This document shows, in pieces, positions 62,801 through 64,000 of a stretch of DNA of 64,000 bases. The translations under genes were made by a program, and so were the position numbers. Position 1 is the stretch's first letter. The number at the start of each line of letters is the position of its first letter. Origin of the DNA: Dehalococcoidia bacterium (GTDB taxonomy: Bacteria; Chloroflexota; Dehalococcoidia; Lucifugimonadales; UBA3495); NCBI GenBank assembly GCA_965204685.1, contig OZ242004.1, positions 79,091-143,090 on the forward strand, given 5' to 3'. The notes beneath the pieces were generated by a model. It had not been told where the DNA came from. It saw nothing but the letters and a program-made list of their open reading frames with translations, and did no database searches.

Positions 62801-64000
62801 GAATGGCGTTGAGCTGTTCGCGGGTGCACACTTCGATGAGTCCATCGTTGTCGGCGTCGTAGTCGCCGTCGGCGGGCGTAGTGCAGCCGGAGTCGGCCAC
62901 GGGCGTGGATGTGGGCGACGTGGCGTCGTCGTTGTCGATGATGGCCAGGGTCAGCGGCGCAGCCGTCAGGGAAGACGCGCTGGCCGCGGCGTTGAGGATG
63001 ATGGTCTCGTTGTCATCGTCAACCGAGTCATCGACGACGGTGATGGTTGTCGTGCCGCCGGTGGCGCCGGCCGCGATATTGACGGTGGCGGATGAGAGGG
63101 TGTAATCATCGCCCGCCGTGGCCGTGCCGCCGGTGGTCAACGCAACGCTCACACCGCCCGGGCCGGCCGGACTGGACAGCCCAACCAGCACGGTAACCGG
63201 GCTGCCGCCCTCGGCCGGCAGTCCGTCGGCAGCCAGCATGAGCGCGGAGCCGCAGGCGGCCACTGCGGTGAGTTCGCCCTGGAGGGTGTCGGTGATTGCC
63301 AACAGGGTGTAGTTGTTCGCCTTGAAGCCGCCCCGATCTTGGAGGTGGTAGGCCACGGCCACGTCGTGGGTCCCCGGCGTGGCCGCCGGGAAGGCTCCGC
63401 CCACCACCAGGCCGCCGGCCCGAAAGTCCGAAAGCTCCGAGGACAGCACGCCCGCGCCCGTGGCGGCGGACGTGTCAAAGGTCGCCGCCACGCTCCCATC
63501 GGCGGGACGGCTGACCACCGTCACCCCGCCGATGGCTGTGATGGGTCTGGGCGTGATGGTGTAGGACGCCACCGCCGGACGCGACGGCAACGTGTACTTG
63601 TCCGCGTAGGCCGCAGCGACCGCCAGCGTCCCCATGTTGATGGCGTAGCTCCCCGCATCATTCCCCGCCGCCCGGGACAGCGCTCCCGCAACCACGTCTG
63701 CCGCCGCGTCGCCGTCCACCAGCCCGCTCACCGTGTAGCTGAGATCGTCGGCGCCCCCGTACTCCCGACTGGGACTGCTGGGCGTGATCGTCAGCGTGCG
63801 CGTCTGCGCCGCCGGCTGCCCCGGCGTTCCCTTCACCGCGACCCACCGGCTCTCCAGCCAGTCGGTCCGGTGGCCCGCGCGGGTCCCGCCGCCCCGGGTG
63901 CGCCGCAGTTCCACCTCGTACTCCCTGCCGTTGGTCAGCCCCGTGATGACGTGGCTGTTCCCGAAAACCTGCTCCCCTTCCGCCGCCGTGGCCTCCGGCG
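59874..64000 (-). CDS. giant modular surface protein, B-type (B2), 5' end beyond the window
   Basis: The frame is open to nt 64000 (the ORF-track M at 63914 is internal). Domain order matches B1:
- MBG/YDG
- Calx-beta
- two Ca-loop+GLUG supermodules
- one Ig-like repeat
- C-terminal Trp-rich module (KYNALIAQMYEWRNDPQW..EIEAARSG-stop). Confidence 0.9.
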   Translation of the reverse strand, partial: PEATAAEGEQVFGNSHVITGLTNGREYEVELRRTRGGGTRAGHRTDWLESRWVAVKGTPGQPAAQTRTLTITPSSPSREYGGADDLSYTVSGLVDGDAAADVVAGALSRAAGNDAGSYAINMGTLAVAAAYADKYTLPSRPAVASYTITPRPITAIGGVTVVSRPADGSVAATFDTSAATGAGVLSSELSDFRAGGLVVGGAFPAATPGTHDVAVAYHLQDRGGFKANNYTLLAITDTLQGELTAVAACGSALMLAADGLPAEGGSPVTVLVGLSSPAGPGGVSVALTTGGTATAGDDYTLSSATVNIAAGATGGTTTITVVDDSVDDDNETIILNAAASASSLTAAPLTLAIIDNDDATSPTSTPVADSGCTTPADGDYDADNDGLIEVCTREQLNAIHWDLDGDGSPINRYGSAYGAAFPNADVFRGPKSGPPMGCPQTGCLGYELAADLDFDTNGNGRADAGDRHIGLGGPFSSKVTWGGFGGYYEYLRTTVEFTAVFEGNGHVIRNLYIGGNFAYNGLFGTTGASAIIRNVGVEGVLLEGNVHAGGLVGENAGTIINSYTTGAVSGTSGVGGLVGGSHDTSMIIGSYSTATVTGTRDDVGGLVGGNEGTIVASYATGNVTGAGDSNGNYVPSTYDGKGYATGGLVGLNYAGQKIIASYATGAVSAPNGEKVGGLVGYNQGSITASYATGAVSGLEDVSGLAYSDTTWVSGEAAGLSYWDTTASGVSVSSQGQPKTTAELQSPTGYAGIYADWNVDLDGDGSADDPWDFGESCQYPVLKYGGLNPDDQRAPCAVAGNTDYDTDDDGLIEVSNLAQLHAIRWDLDSDGVTNQKYGPRANSQTGLLSQEKGSSFAADYAAAFPDAAPGMGCPSSGCKGYELTADLDFDTNGSGKADAGDAYWNAGVGWWGIGAKSSYRTTGNTGTATVRVYFSGVLDGNGHTIRNLYINYHHPLYSKYQAATSGLILGVSTAGVIRNLNMESMYIAGFSDVGGLVARNHGTISHSYVSGVIKGSNQVGGLAGINYGSIRGSYATGAVSGTVNTGGLVGYNYGGSIVASYASASVAGGKDAGSLVGKNGGDITASYAVGETLATGGNAGGLVGRHESGVVTNSYWDTQTSGSSSSPAGVGKTTAELQSPTGYTGIYAGWNVDLDGDGNADDPWDFGTSCHYPVLKYGSLNPDDQRAACTPPQQQQAASNRAPTVASSIADLTGLEVGSTQDVSLSGVFSDADGDPLTITAMSSNDAVATVSVASDFSKLTVAGVSVGTATITVTAQDSDGNRVSDTFDAPVARKYNALIAQMYEWRNDPQWVSYKAHTDRWDRALLAFGETVSDASLTPMTAAEAQELADRGSAWVRWVPVAAALKEIEAARSG

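Overview
High-G+C bacterial window; the taxon cannot be assigned from sequence alone. About 39.7 kb of the 64 kb is taken by six minus-strand genes for giant secreted repeat proteins. One is a 2690-aa Calx-beta protein (7611..15683). The other five form a modular family: A1 16434..24863, B1 25252..33168, C 33192..35990, A2 51188..59557 and B2 59874..>64000. Their modules are FN3-like, MBG/YDG, cadherin-like beta-sandwich, Calx-beta, calcium-loop plus GLUG arrays, Ig/cadherin-like repeats, and an unassigned Trp-rich helical module. The B-upstream-of-A gene pair occurs twice. An AT-rich control block with GTAT-core direct repeats occurs four times. In one copy it sits in front of a cytoplasmic fused GAF-PAS-HisKA-HATPase-REC-OmpR-wHTH protein (36255..38690). 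In the other three copies only a 21-33 codon stub of that kinase plus a kinase-type terminator hairpin remains. A second kinase 3' end + hairpin + small FN3 gene is duplicated at 1..800. Other content:
- a VapBC-type TA cassette bracketed by 146-bp direct repeats, with a triplicated RBS+ATG
- a SWIM zinc-finger protein
- an RCC1-repeat protein flanked by transposase relics
- a frameshifted MFS/GPH transporter
- an unassigned small ORF translationally coupled to an HTH-ImmA/IrrE-like protein carrying RELGH instead of HExxH
- an intact IS5-family (IS427-like) element
- a lower-G+C patch with PD-(D/E)xK-type genes and relics
- a META-domain lipoprotein
No rRNA, tRNA or CRISPR array was seen. All identities and motif calls are hand or by-eye readings, not computed searches.
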